Counted from the first letter of the stretch, positions 48,888 through 63,066 are shown. The stretch is DNA of 64,000 bases from Octopus bimaculoides (GCF_001194135.2 NC_069003.1:32017369-32081368), one strand, 5' to 3'. Numbers and translations are program-made. The notes: generated by a model from the letters alone, not told the origin.

Positions 48888-50439
48888 ATATAGAGTGTGA
48901 ACTGATGGAGATTAGGTAGCTATTTCTAGCAAATGAATGAGCTCATAGAGGCTCTCTTGTTGCCTTGCTCATTGCCAAAGTAATTTGCATATATGGCTGG
49001 TAAACAAGTGAAGAGAAGAAATTAAATATAGTGCTACTTGGATATGAAATTCAAGCTGGTTGCCAATAATTTTTTTAATGTTAAAAAGATTAGCAATAAA
49101 ATGTTATTTATTAACTCTATCTTTAGTTGGCATACATTTTCAATGAAGATGAGATCACTCAAACTAAATGGATATTTTATGATTTTATGGATTGAATAAA
49201 TTTTCTAAAAAAATTGAATAAATTAAATAATTCATACAAAGATAAGGTGATAAGCTTTCTTAAAAATAACCCCAAAATAATTCTATCTGTTATGCTAACA
49301 CGGTGAAAAATAAAAGGGACATAAAATGAAGCTAATTTTTAATTTTCTTTTATGAAATGATCACAAACATAGGTGTGAAATTATGTAGTTTGGAAAATGA
49401 ATAAGCATGGCTTTTTGGTTGAGAAGTTTGCTTCCCAACATGTAGTCTGGGTTCAATCCCACTGCACTGCACTGCACCTTGGGCAGGTGTTTGTATTATA
49501 GCCCTGGGATATTCAAAACCTTGTGAGTAGATATGGTAGACAGAAGCTGAAAGCTCATTGTATATATATCTATGTGTACGTGTGTTTGCGTTTGTCTAAC
49601 CTGCACTGCTTGACAGCCAGTGTTAGGTTGGTTATGTCCCCATAACTTAGCAGTTCAGCAAAAGAGACTGGTAGAATACCAGGCTTAAAAAAAAAGCACC
49701 GGGGTTGATTTATTTGACTAAATCCTTTAAGGCAATGCCCCAGCATGACCACAATCCAATAAAAGAAACTAAATTGACAAAAAACTTGACTGGTGCTTTA
49801 CTTTATTAACCCCAGGAGAATGAAATGCAAAGTTACTTTTGACTGGATTTAAACCCAGAATGCGAAAAACACATTCTTAAATGTCACAAAGTATTTTATC
49901 CCGCACACCAGTGATTCTGTTAATTTTGTTACCTAATCATCACCAAAACCCTGTTGGGAGTCTCAAGCTGAAGGAGTCTCCACACGATCGTTCAACTTCC
50001 TAGAAATAGCAACTGAACCTCTCATTGTGTTCTTTAACCTTTTAGCAATCAAACAGGCCATATCAGGCCGAAATATTTAACCTGTTTTATGTTGAAACTG
50101 GTCGGATCTGGCCTCGCACCTCAACCCTACAATGTCATTCTAAAACTAAACAATCACATCATCAACGTCTCTAAATTACAAGATAATGCATGATTAATTA
50201 AAAATAATATAAATGAAACAAACATTATATTTGACAGAATAATCTGATACACACAGACATATACTCATTTAAAATGGGTTGGTCATGGATAGAATACCTT
50301 TGATCACAGTAAGTTTGCTTGATCAGAAGCAGCCTGGGGCTAAACAGGAATCTCAAAAGTATTTATGATGGCCTAACAAGAGAGAGAGAGGAAGAGAGGA
50401 GAGAGAGATGGGGGAGAAGAGATAGAAGGATATATATAT

Positions 50440-50501
<62 letters not shown>

Positions 50502-50780
50502 CAGTAGTCTAGTTTAGATATGGCGATCTTCTTGCAATGATTTAGATCAGTCTTGGAGCTATTTCTAGGAAAGTCTGCTTCGGCAAATGATAACTATGCA
50601 GAAGTAGGCTAAATTTCACGGACAAAGTCTGGTGTGAAGAATTTGGTGCCACAGATCAAGGTAAGAAGATAAACAGAGAGATAAGGTGTTCTAGAAATTC
50701 ACACAAACCATGCCAGCATGAAAATGTAGACTTTAAACCAGCACGATGGCAGTATTGATTGTTACATGTTATTAATAGGG

Positions 50781-50826
<46 letters not shown>

Positions 50827-51184
50827 AGAGGGAGATAATATAGGAAAAATTATTTCATGGTATTTTACATTTGTATAATTTTTGCATCTATTTTCCCTAT
50901 GGTCGAGTGGTTTTTCCAATGAATGGATTTTGCATCAGTATATCGGTTTCGTTGAAGGTTTCCATTTGTTCAATGAACAGGATTATCTACACATTGTATT
51001 AAAATATAAACGGTTGAGTATTCCAACCTGCTAGAAATAGCAGCCACACATTCCTCAAACCAACCTACCACCTCAACCTTGTAGCATTTAAATTGGCAAT
51101 ATCTGACCCAAATATTCTTGTTTTATGTTCAAACCAACCAGATCTGCCCTCTCACATATACCCTACAATGTCATTCTAAAAATA

Positions 51185-51781
51185 AAGAGCACTCAGAGAG
51201 CACAAACTTCTGTCAAGGCAACACCAACATTCTCTCAATGATTAGCCAGAGATGATTTTTAAAATGAGAACATCTGAAATAATCTCAACTGCTCTCACAA
51301 ACTAGAATACTAAAACTGAATCCGACCGCTCTCAAACATTAAGTAAAAACACTGGAAAAAATAATCCAGAATCCTTGTCCGGTACCTGATTGACCCCAAT
51401 GGTAGACAGGGAATGTGAAGGTGGCTGTAGAAAATTTAGTAACAGTAATAAGTAGTTTATCTTTATCTATCTAATACAAGCCAAAGTTAACAAATTCACC
51501 ATTGAAAATATTTACAGCCTAAAGAGAGATAATTGAAAAGACTTGAAAGTTAACATAAGATCGTAATCATGTAAAGTAAAGTAAATATAACAAATAATCC
51601 TGAATCCTTGTCCCGTACTGGATCAATCCCAAAATCTAATCAGTTCATGCCAGTCATGAGGCCAAACATCTCTGAAAGTTTCATCCAAATCCATCCAGCA
51701 GTTCTTGAGATATCTTGTCCACAGACAAGCAAACAAACGCAACTGAAAACAATAGCCCCGCCTTCGTTAAGGCAGGGGTAA
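51185..51781 (+). mobile_element. Helentron-associated (HINE / DINE-1 / pearl-like) non-autonomous element nested in a family B MITE
   Basis: 3' module AAAGTTTCATCCAAATCCATCCAGCAGTTCTTGAGATATC..ACAGACAAGCAAACAAAC and terminal hairpin CCCCGCCTT-CGTT-AAGGCAGGGG. The MITE continues on both sides. Confidence 0.5.
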
Positions 51782-54700
51782 TAATCAATTCAAAACAATG
51801 TGAATAAATAAGCTTTACATTTGACAGAGTAGAGTAATCTGAATGCTAAAGAGTGAAATTAGTAAAGGACACATTAGAAAATATAGTCCTATATATACAA
51901 AAGGACAAGATAATATATACATACATATGTATGTATATCATCTACTTTACTTTCCCTAAGCAACTCATACACCATAACTTGACCTGTTATAAATAGCAGC
52001 CAAATTTCTCACTAATTGCACCATATCATCTTACATAAGAATAGGCCATCTTGAGCAATATATTTCGTTAAATACAAAAATAGAACAATATACACAAACC
52101 AGTAGAAAAGTGTCCAAAGTGCAGTATTTCTGCCTCTTTATATAATTACATTTAATAATTTAATTTATATAATTGGCAATTAATTAATGTCAGTTGGGAA
52201 ACAAGCATAAAGTGAATTAGAAAGTCACTCTGAAAGGTCTTTCGCCGTCACTGATAATGATGAAACTTTTCATATTTGTAACAAAACCCTGATTAGGTTT
52301 TGTGGTTAATAAATGCATAACGACTCTGTATTAAACACAATGGTGGATTTTTCCTGTCATAAATGACGGATGAGGGTTCTGCAACTTCTTCCTGAACCTG
52401 TATAACCTGTATAAATGATTTGTTTATAGTGATCAAATATTCGTTCGGTACATCAGTCCACTCCCTACATCAAGTCGACATTGCCTGAACAGGTACACAA
52501 TGTATCACATGTCAAGATGTTGAAATGATCGCAAAGCAACAGGGCATGGAATGAAGTGATTTGCTCAAAAACATAACACACTGCTCAGTCTGGGAATCGA
52601 AACCACAATCTTACAGCCATGAGTGTGACACCCTAATGACTAGGCCATGTGCCTTTGCCACTCAATACAATAAATGGCACTCCATTGGTTACAACAATGA
52701 AGGTTCTAGTTGATCTGATCAATGGAACAACCTACTCCTGAAATTAATGTGCAACTGGCTGAACACTCCACAGACATGCATACCCTTCACATAATTTTCT
52801 AGGAGATTGCATGCAATTTTAATGTAAGCTTTTAACATAGGTCACTTTTAAACATGGAGTGTGTATTATAGAACCAAGGGTGGTCCCAGGAGGGTTGGTG
52901 GTAAAAGGGTTAAAGTACATTAATTTCTTTCCTTTATCTGATGAAATATTCTTTGGAAATGTTATTAGAAGATTACAATTTTTGTTTTTTTAAATACTAG
53001 CTGAAGAGATAAATGTTTTTGAAAATGCAGACTATTGTTATTTAAAAGTTGTTAGAATAAACGATGTGTATACAGCTAGGTATTCACCTAAATGTTAATG
53101 GCTCAACATGGAACATACAAGTGGTACTCATATTTCTTCCTAGATAGATTGAGGCAAGCAAATTAATATACTCTGCCCCAGAGTGAAATGTGAAAGATCT
53201 AATCTTATGACCTGAGGGGCCATTAGTCCAGCATCTTAATAAGACAAAAGACATAAATATTTCCAATACCAGGAGATGGTCCAGCCCATAAATTCTCACA
53301 TTTATATTATGTTTAATGACCAAAGTCATGTAAGCAGAACATGAGTCATAAATAATGTTGAAGTAGGGCGGCCTTTGTGGCAAAGTCAACTCCTACAAAC
53401 ATTACAAGCCATAAATCAAACAAGATTGGGATTGTAACAGTAAATAATTAGAATAATGAAAATTAAACACAATCATAATGTTTGGCCTTATAATTAGAAT
53501 GAATTAGAGTGAAAAGTTTTACAAAGAAATTAAAGTCAAAATATATTTTTTTATAAAAAGCGTCAACTGAATAACTGACAAAAATATCTGTCTTTTTTTT
53601 TTTTTATGCAACTTCAAATATTTAAAAAGTGACTAAACTTTAACATCCATCACAGCATCATTAGGGACTAAATTACTACTTTAATGTACTTTTAAACTGC
53701 TCACCTGACAAATTGCGTGCGTGTGTGTATATGTATCTGTGTACATACACATATGCATACATACATACTTTTACCTACATATATACATGTATATATATCA
53801 GATATATATATATATATATATATATGCAAATATATGCACACACACACACACGGAGTCCAATCACAAGAATAAATGTTGATTTTAAACTATCCTTGATCAA
53901 ACAAGAAGGAAAGAAAAAATCTTTCAATCTTAACCTCTGTTATGGTGGAATATTTAAATATTGAAATGATGAAAATGATGATAAAGGGGGAACTTAATAA
54001 ATCTAAAAATAAAATATGTCAGTAAAAATGGATACTAAACAAATAAAAATGTGGATACTAAAATCATAGTTCAGTTATAATTAGCATAAAGCCCTGCCAT
54101 AAAAAAATAGCTCTTTTGATCAGATTCCTTAAAGTTATACAATTTGCACTTTTCTCTGAGCTTTGATGTTTAAGCTTTACCCCCACCTCTCATTAGAACA
54201 GGGAAAACGTCAATGTCATGGAAAAAAAAAGATTGAATGTAATGATCTTTTTAAAGAACTACATTATTTGGTTAAAATTCAATTAAAGAAGGATAAAATT
54301 TGGAAAGGTGGGGGTGGTCATTGAAATCAGAATTATCTCCCTTAATGTGGTTTATGTGTCACACCTAAACTTGTAACATACATAAACCAAGTTTCTTACA
54401 TGGTCTTCCAACGTACAAGAAACAGCAACTAAATCACCTTCAAATCACACTCTAAAGAAAAAAAAAAGACACATTAGATAATGTAGTCTTAGACATAGGA
54501 GCTAATAAAGGAGCTTCTCAACCATTTTTTGCTTACAGACCCAGACCCCTATTTTACTCAGGTGGACTCCCACAGCCATGCAATGTTTAAAAAAAAATCT
54601 TATTCCTAAAATTGAATATTATTATGAATTTTATAAATGTTAAAATACTTTGAGCATTGCAGATGTAGAACCAATTTATTGCTCATAAATTTTAACTACA

Positions 54701-55683
54701 AGATCTTATATTAACCCCCAAGGGCTATATGAACCCCAGTTGAGAACCACAGCTCTACATGGTTGCTAGACAGGCTAGAAACAACAGTCAAATTTAGCTC
54801 AAACCACATATATAAATTCTTCTTTAAAACTTACTGAAACAAAAAGCAGTGTTTCAACAGGAATATGGTAACAAAAGGGTTAATGGCATACTTAGGACTC
54901 TGACCTCCCTGACATTAAGTCTCCCGGGCTGCCATCCAAGTACTTAGAATCCTAAGTGTTGGAACAAATACAACAGGGTATCTTGCCTGATACTCTAATG
55001 GTTCTGCCTGTCCTCTACCATGGAGCAGTAATTTTTTTAATTGATCCCACCCCACAAAAGATGAAAGGCAACATTGACCCAGGAGGTACTTGAAGTTAGA
55101 GTTCGGAGAGATGAAACAAATACTACAAACTATTTTTGCCTGTGTTCTAATCACTCTGCCAATTAAATTGTTTTCATCACTGGTTTCCTCAATCAGGTTG
55201 GACTTAGTAGGGAGGGCTAAACAATAATATATTCAGTAGAACTTGAATTTAAAATCACCAGGTCTAGTTTTTCCTTCTTGTGTTTTTATATGTTAGTTGG
55301 TGGACGGGGAGAAAGGAGGGACCGCAGACCCTCCCAAGCTGGAAAAATAGATGTGGTCTGATCACAGGTGCTTTATGTTGCATTGGCAGGAGCGCTTTAC
55401 ACGTGGCACCAGTAAGGCTGCTTTATATGTGGCATCAACACAGGTGCACATTTTGCATGGTACCGGCACGGGCTCTCTTTACAAACAACAAATAAAACTT
55501 ATGAGCAAGATTCTCCCAGCCCATCTAAGAGAGCAGATACAACTTGTCCAATACATGACAGTATGGAAATCAGATGTAAAATGGCCATGATGACAACGGT
55601 ATAAAAAGAAAAAAATAATATGTTTTCTATATATAAGATAAATATAAAGTTTTGAAAGCCATCTATGTAAATATATTCTTGAT

Positions 55684-55717
<34 letters not shown>

Positions 55718-58700
55718 NNNNNNNNNNNNNNNNNNNNNNNNNNNNNNNNNNNNNNNNNNNNNNNNNNNNNNNNNNNNNNNNNNNNNNNNNNNNNNNNNNN
55801 NNNNNNNNNNNNNNNNNNNNNNNNNNNNNNNNNNNNNNNNNNNNNNNNNNNNNNNNNNNNNNNNNNNNNNNNNNNNNNNNNNNNNNNNNNNNNNNNNNNN
55901 NNNNNNNNNNNNNNNNNNNNNNNNNNNNNNNNNNNNNNNNNNNNNNNNNNNNNNNNNNNNNNNNNNNNNNNNNNNNNNNNNNNNNNNNNNNNNNNNNNNN
56001 NNNATATATATTTATTACATAAGGTAAAACATACAATTTTTAAATGCTATCTATGTAAACTGATTTTCGATATGGTATAAAATACGCTGTTTTCTATATA
56101 AGCTAAATATAAAGTTTTAAAAGGTAGAAACAATAAATTCATTCACTAAAATAGTCATTTTTCTTGTTTTATTTCTTTCTCACTTCACTACAGAGAAAGT
56201 GCAAACATTTTGTTCTATTTTCTGTTGTAATTCTTCAATAAAGTATCTTAAGAAGCTAAAGACAAAATATATATTAAAGTTTCAAAAAGAAACAAAATGT
56301 ATTGTCTGAGAAGATGACAAGATAACACACACACACACATGTGTCTGTATATCTATATACACACTTGTTTCATTAAAGTTATTAAAGAAATAAACTAAAA
56401 AAATAAATACAACAACAACAACAATAATAATAATAATAAAAACATACAATGATGGTAGTAGCTAGCTTTCAAGCAAATTACTTAAACTTTTGAAGTAGAA
56501 TTAAATTATTGAGACAATATATTATTTATATTGCTCTTATGAAATAAAAATGAATTTAATTTTGAGTTGGAAACTCAACTTCTCTTATCATTCATAATAA
56601 TAATAATAATAGTGGAGGGGAACAGTTGAGTATACAAACCTCCCCAGTACTTGATTGGCAATATACTTTAACTATTTCCAGAGGGATGATAGGATAAAGT
56701 TGGCCTAGGCAGGATTTGAACTCAGAATGTAAAGAGCTGGAACAAATGCTTTGAGGCATTTTTCCAGATGCTCCAACAATCCTACCAATAATAATTCTTT
56801 TTAGTCTCAGCACAAGGTCTGAAATATTTTTGTGGGAAAGGGCTAGTTGATTACATCAACCTCAGAGCTCATCCGGTACTTAATTTATCGACTCTGAAAG
56901 GATGAAAAGTAAAGTCAACCTTGGTGAAATTTGAACCTTGAATGTAAAGAGTTGGAAGAAACATAGCTAAGCTTTTTGTTCAACTTGCTAAGGATTCTAC
57001 CACTTCACCTTATCTATAATTCTTTCTTCTACAGGTATGAGGCCTAAAATTTTTGTGGGGAGGGCCTGATTGATTTACAACAAGCTCAGTGCTTAACTGG
57101 TATTTATTTTATTGACCCCAGAAGGATGAAAGGCAAAGCTGACTCCAAGAGAATTTGAACCCAGGACATAAAAAACTGGAAGAAATACTGCTCAGCATTT
57201 TACCTAAAACCTTATCTATAATAATCATAATAACAACAATTTCTCTCTCTCTCTCTCTCTCTCTCTCTNNNNNNNNNNNNNNNNNNNNNNNNNNNNNNNN
57301 NNNNNNNNNNNNNNNNNNNNNNNNNNNNNNNNNNNNNNNNNNNNNNNNNNNNNNNNNNNNNNNNNNNNNNNNNNNNNNNNNNNNNNNNNNNNNNNNNNNN
57401 NNNNNNNNNNNNNNNNNNNNNNNNNNNNNNNNNNNNNNNNNNNNNNNNNNNNNNNNNNNNNNNNNNNNNNNNNNNNNNNNNNNNNNNNNNNNNNNNNNNN
57501 NNNNNNNNNNNNNNNNNNNNNNNNNNNNNNNNNNNNNNNNNNNNNNNNNNNNNNNNNNNNNNNNNNNNNNNNNNNNNNNNNNNNNNNNNNNNNNNNNNNN
57601 NNNNNNNNNNNNNNNNNNNNNNNNNNNNNNNNNNNNNNNNNNNNNNNNNNNNNNNNNNNNNNNNNNNNNNNNNNNNNNNNNNNNNNNNNNNNNNNNNNNN
57701 NNNNNNNNNNNNNNNNNNNNNNNNNNNNNNNNNNNNNNNNNNNNNNNNAGCAGGAAATGTGGTGTCAAAACAGGAAGTGTGTGTAAGGGGAGACAAATGT
57801 TTTTAGTTGGAGTTATGAACTCTTTTTCAACAGGAAGTTTATGTCTGTTCCTAGATAAATAAGGTCACTGAGGGGTATGTGTGTTAAGAAATGGTTGGAA
57901 TTTCTCTATGAAAAGATTCTCCTTGTTGATTCTTTCTTGTGTGGAGATTCTGTCTTTACATTGATAGAAAGGGAATATAAGGAATTTAGGGTTTTTGTTT
58001 CTGGCGCAAGAGTCTATATGGCCACTGAGTGGAATTTGGCGGTATTGAGGGAAATTTATTTGTTCTTTATGGACTGCTACTCTTCTACACAACGGGAGGC
58101 TCGTCTGTCGGAGAGACCCAGTCATTTTACCACCAATGCTGGGCAACCTTCACCTGCAGCTGATATCTTTCCGTTTTTAACACTATAAGAGATATTTACT
58201 CAAGATGAATACCACAGTTTAGAAGACCGTCAGTATAGAAACACTTTATGTATGTATACAGTTTGCTAACTTAGAAATTGTTTATTATGAATGGGCATAT
58301 TTTCATAGGGTTCTGCAAAGAAAGCATTTTCTTGAAGGTTACATTATTCAAAATTCTGTTTTTCTTTGGTTCCTTTATTACCAAGGGACTTTGGAACTAT
58401 TGGATGTCTACTCCATTAAAGGAGCAGAGAAAGGCCTGTTTATTTATTTTTCTTCAAATTTTGGAACGGTTTAAACTTTTGTTTTTGACATTGCAGAATT
58501 CACACATCACTGTCTTAGAAGTGGCAACAAGAACTATTTGTCAAAGTATTGGTTGCACTAATAAGACAAAAAAACAAACCAAAAGCCTTTGCCCCAAACT
58601 ATTAATTAAATGCACATAAAATTTAAACTCTATACTTGCACAGTCCAAGACAAAAAGAAAAACAAAAAGACAAACAAACAAAAACTAGCATTGAAGAAAA

Positions 58701-60249
58701 ATTAACCCTTTTTTAAATATATTTCTGTTGAAATACAGTGCTTTGTTTGGTGTTTGGAACATAGAAAAACATGAAATTTTTGATGGAAGGTTTTAATTTA
58801 GATTATTTTAAAGCAAGAAGTTTGTATCAGAATCATTATCACTTGAAAAAAAAAAAATTTTTTAGTGGTACTTAAAGTGGAGGGAAGTTATGGAAGAGAG
58901 AGACCTAGGAAAACATGGGACGATCTCAAAACGCTGAGCCTTATGAAGATGACAGAGGATCCAGATATATGGTGCTTTGCTATACTCGAGAAGACCTGCT
59001 CACCACAACAGAATTGAGATCCTAAAACCAAGGTGCCATGTAAAAAAGCATTCAGTACAATCTGTTAAGAGGTTGGCGTTAGGAAGGGCATCAAGTATAG
59101 AAACCAAGCCAAAACAGACTCTGGAACTTGGTGTGGTGCTTGGCCTTGCCAGCTCCTGTCAGGCTGCCCAATCCATGCCAGCATGGGAAACAGATGTCAG
59201 ACGTTCATGGATGATCACAAGAGCCAGAATGCCTTTTATCATCAGAGCTCTACTGAACCATATACACCTGGGTTTAAACCACAACTAAACACACTCTGCC
59301 TGTGAACAATGTACAGCTAAACTCCTCACACTACTACATATCTATTACCCAACAAATTCTACACGAAGCACTTCATGCCTCTAATGAAATACATAGTTCA
59401 TATATTTCAATTAATTTTTCAATAATCAATAATTTAAAGGCATTAAGTAAAATAACTAATTCTCCATTATTAATTAAGCTAGTTTTTAAAAAAATAACTG
59501 CACAAAAGATGCCTATATAAAAATTATCATGGAAAGCTTAAAGCTAAACATAGCATCATTATCATCATCATTTAATGTCTATTTTTCCATGCCTGCATGG
59601 GTCAGAATTCTGCTGAAGCAGATCTCCTATGGCTGTACGCCTTTCCTGTCTGCAACCCTCGTCTGTTTCCAGGTATGGTAATATTTCCTCATGGCCAGTG
59701 GTACTTTTCACAAAAGACTAGAAATGAACAACACTGCATTTATGATGGTGATGCTTGTTTACAACTATCATGTAACATCAAAACAAGGAGACACACACAC
59801 ACACATGCAGGCTGGGGCTCCACCTTGAAGGGTTTTAGTTAACCAAATCAACTCCAGTACTTATTTTTAAGCCTGGTGCTTATTTTGTCATCTCTTTTGC
59901 TGAACTGCTAAATGCAGATGTAAACAGACAAACACCAGTTGTCAAGCAACTGGGGACAAACATATCACAAAGATACACACAGATCATCATTGTTTAACGA
60001 TTCTGCCAGCTTGCTGCCTTGTGTTTGTATAATGTATAAAAGAGGGTTTATAAGCCAAGATATGAGGCCATATAACAGTTTCATTGATTGATCTCACCAC
60101 ATTCTTCTATCTCCATGTGAAATACATTAGCCACCATATGTATTAGTGGTGTTTAGTGTATCAATAAAGCTGATCAGTTATCTACTTCATTAAATCACAG
60201 CTATCAATATTAATCAACACCACTATGATGATGTATGGTAATGAGACAC

Positions 60250-60570
60250 AGGTCTTGAAGACTGGAAAGAAACGAAGCGAGCATGTTGCTTGATGTGCAA
60301 TGTTAAGTGTGTGCATAAACAACACAGTACGAATGTGCTGAGAGAAAATTAGGCACAAGAGGAATCAGATGCAGTACGCAAGAAGAAGACTGCGTTGGTA
60401 TGGACATGTGATGTATATGAATGAGGACAGTCGTGTGAAGAAGTATTGATCACTGAAAGTGGATGGAGCTTGCAGAAGAGGGTATGAGATAAAGTGAAGG
60501 CTGATCTCAGGCTATCAAACTTCTCAGAGGAAATGACAAAGGACTCAGATGACTAGTAAAATGAGATTTT
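60250..60570 (+). mobile_element. Decayed RTE LINE 3' fragment
   Basis: Remnant of the WYGHV.RM.EDS.VKK...V.G...RGR RT C-terminus. Confidence 0.45.
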
Positions 60571-60619
60571 TGAGAAGGCTCACCCAACTCAATAAAATTC
60601 TGGAAGCACTGTGTGTGTG

Positions 60620-61115
60620 TGTGTATGTACAACTGGAACTTTTCTCCAATTTCCTCCGAATGCCTTGCTTCCCAGGGCATAGATACACGGAAGCTCTGAC
60701 ATCTGGCAACTGATTTGGTAAACACCCACAAAATTGTTAACCATCGTGCTAACAAAAACCTTGAGCACCTTTTTGAGCTCCATGTGTTTAACACATGTGG
60801 GCATGCCAACAAAGTCACAAAACAGCACAGCTCCCATGACTTTCAGAAACATTTTTTCACACTCAGAGTTGCTGAAGCATGGAACAAACTACCTGCATCA
60901 GTTGTTAGCTGCCGAGACATAGCATCCTTTAAAACTCCCATACTTCCTGAAATTCACCAACACTACACCTGATATCCCCACCTCCATATGCATGCACACA
61001 TGTATATCATGACTTCACTTCTTGCCATTTGTACATAATTCTATGTACTATACATGCACCTTTGATAAGTTGTAGTGCACCTGAGCACTATACACAACAA
61101 TTTCGTTATCACTAT
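60620..61115 (+). mobile_element. CR1/L2-type LINE 3' end
   Basis: HDFQKHFFTLRVAEAWNKLPASVVSCRDIASFK resembles the CR1 C-terminal motif F..RVV..WN.LP..VV......FK. Confidence 0.75.
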
Positions 61116-63066
61116 CAAACTCTTACGTAGTTGCTTGACCTGCTAAAACAGAAGCCAAATTTTCTCAAATCATACCTTACTATCTTACAAAAAAAGACGC
61201 AATGGATAATGTTAGCCCTCAATGCACAATACATTAAAAAACAAACTCCGGTTGGTATGGTCAAGGCTGGAACTACTACGATCTTAGGCCTGCTCAATCT
61301 GGACTCACCTGGGTCTGAACATTATCTAATCGAACAAACGAGGGCAGCCTCTCTTTTATGCATGGGCAACTTGTAGTCCTTTATTTACGACAGGCACAAA
61401 GCGATATGTAAACATACGTTTTCACTAAAATTTTCTAATATAATCTTTAGGTCCGACTTCGTTAATTTAAACTATTTACATTCTCGGCATAACTAGTCTG
61501 GGGGGGGGGGGTAAAACCCTGTAGTTATGCCACATTCTCTTTCCTTCATTCACTCATACTTTCTCTCAATCATTTTTTAATAATCTGTTTGGTGCATATA
61601 TAATACAAGGTGTACTTTGTTAAATTACGATTTTACTAGTGTGATCTCATTTACGACAAGCAATATTTCTCATAAGGTTCATTGTCCCAAAAATGTTGCC
61701 AGCTCCTACTCAACTCGCAAGAAAAAACAGCCAAATCCTTCTCAAATCACACCTTACCTCCATCATCAGACATCGACTACTCTCATCAAATTGAATACTA
61801 TGGATCGCTCTCATGCTAGCCTTTGTCAACTAGAGTCAGCTAACCTAGAATGGTACTTTATTTATCGATGTCAAAAGAGACGAAGTTGACCTCGGCGCCA
61901 TTTGAACTCACGACGCAAAAAGCATTTCACCCGAAATTTTAACACTTCTGCCAATTTGTCGCCTTACCTACCATCTTTAAAAGAAATGGAAGGACACATT
62001 GGATACTGTAGTCTGATACATACTGATTCAAAGACAGGATGGTCACAGACACAATACTTTTCATCATAGGTCTACGTGAACGATCAGGGCTGACACGATG
62101 CTACTCGCCAAACGAGAAGCAAAAAAGAACTTTGCACCACTCGAAACTAACGGAGCCTCTATGTAGGTATTCGATCTACTAGAAATAATAACAGATCTTT
62201 TTCAAATCACAACCTACAGCTTTTGAAGATAGATTGAATATGGTCTTAGGCTTCTTGCACGAAGAAAAAGCATGTTTACAGCTGAAATGCTTTTTATCAT
62301 GTGTTCTATCAGGGCTAACTAAACAACAAAAACTGATTAAGTTTTGTCAGTTGCAAAGAGACAGTGTTTATTTCAAGAGTATTTTTCGGAATATTTAAGA
62401 TCGATCCGTTAAATTCAATAACAGCTGAACATCACAGCAGCTATACGTAAAACAGACCCGGCATTCTTTCGTTAGAATGCTGCTTCTAACCAAAGAATGC
62501 CATAGACCCCATGTGGTTTTTGTAGAATTGGTTACTTCCAGGCGTAATAATCACGCGATTCACAGATGCGAAAAGAAATGAAAGACCACCGAAATACAAA
62601 ACCCACGATGAGGAAGGATAAAAACTATATTTGAATGAGCTGTTGGTGTTGTTCAGCCCCTCGTTAGCTCTCATCGAACCATGGTTCTAGCTATGGCTAT
62701 CCTGTTTGTTTTATTATTCGGTTATAGAGTAATCTAGGGTTACATTAGCAAATGCGTGTGTATTTTTGTGTTCTTTTAAAATGATCAGGGTGGTTTGATA
62801 TGATTTGGAGTAAAATTTGGTGGCTGCGATTTCTAAACAGGTCCTGCCACCGCTTTTAAAAATGCTTGTTCGTTCCCTCGCTGTTAATTAAATAAAAGAT
62901 AAAGAGAAAATGGATACAACTACGACGGTTAAAACGATAACAAGCATACACGAAGGAAATAAAATCATAGACGACACATTTTTTTCAAATATGCCAACAT
63001 TAAATTCGATGCTGGTACAGCGAAATGTCGTGAAGTAAAGCAATAAAGAGACAAAAAGCAACATAC

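Noticed and set aside
50570-50666. Plus-strand exon-like segment ending CAAG|GTAAGA
   Set aside because: All three frames contain stops, and the acceptor belongs to a repeat remnant.
52254-52295. Box C (ATGATGA) ... box D (CTGA) pair suggesting a snoRNA
   Set aside because: It is only about 36 nt long, antisense to the host LEO1 transcript, and has no recognisable guide.
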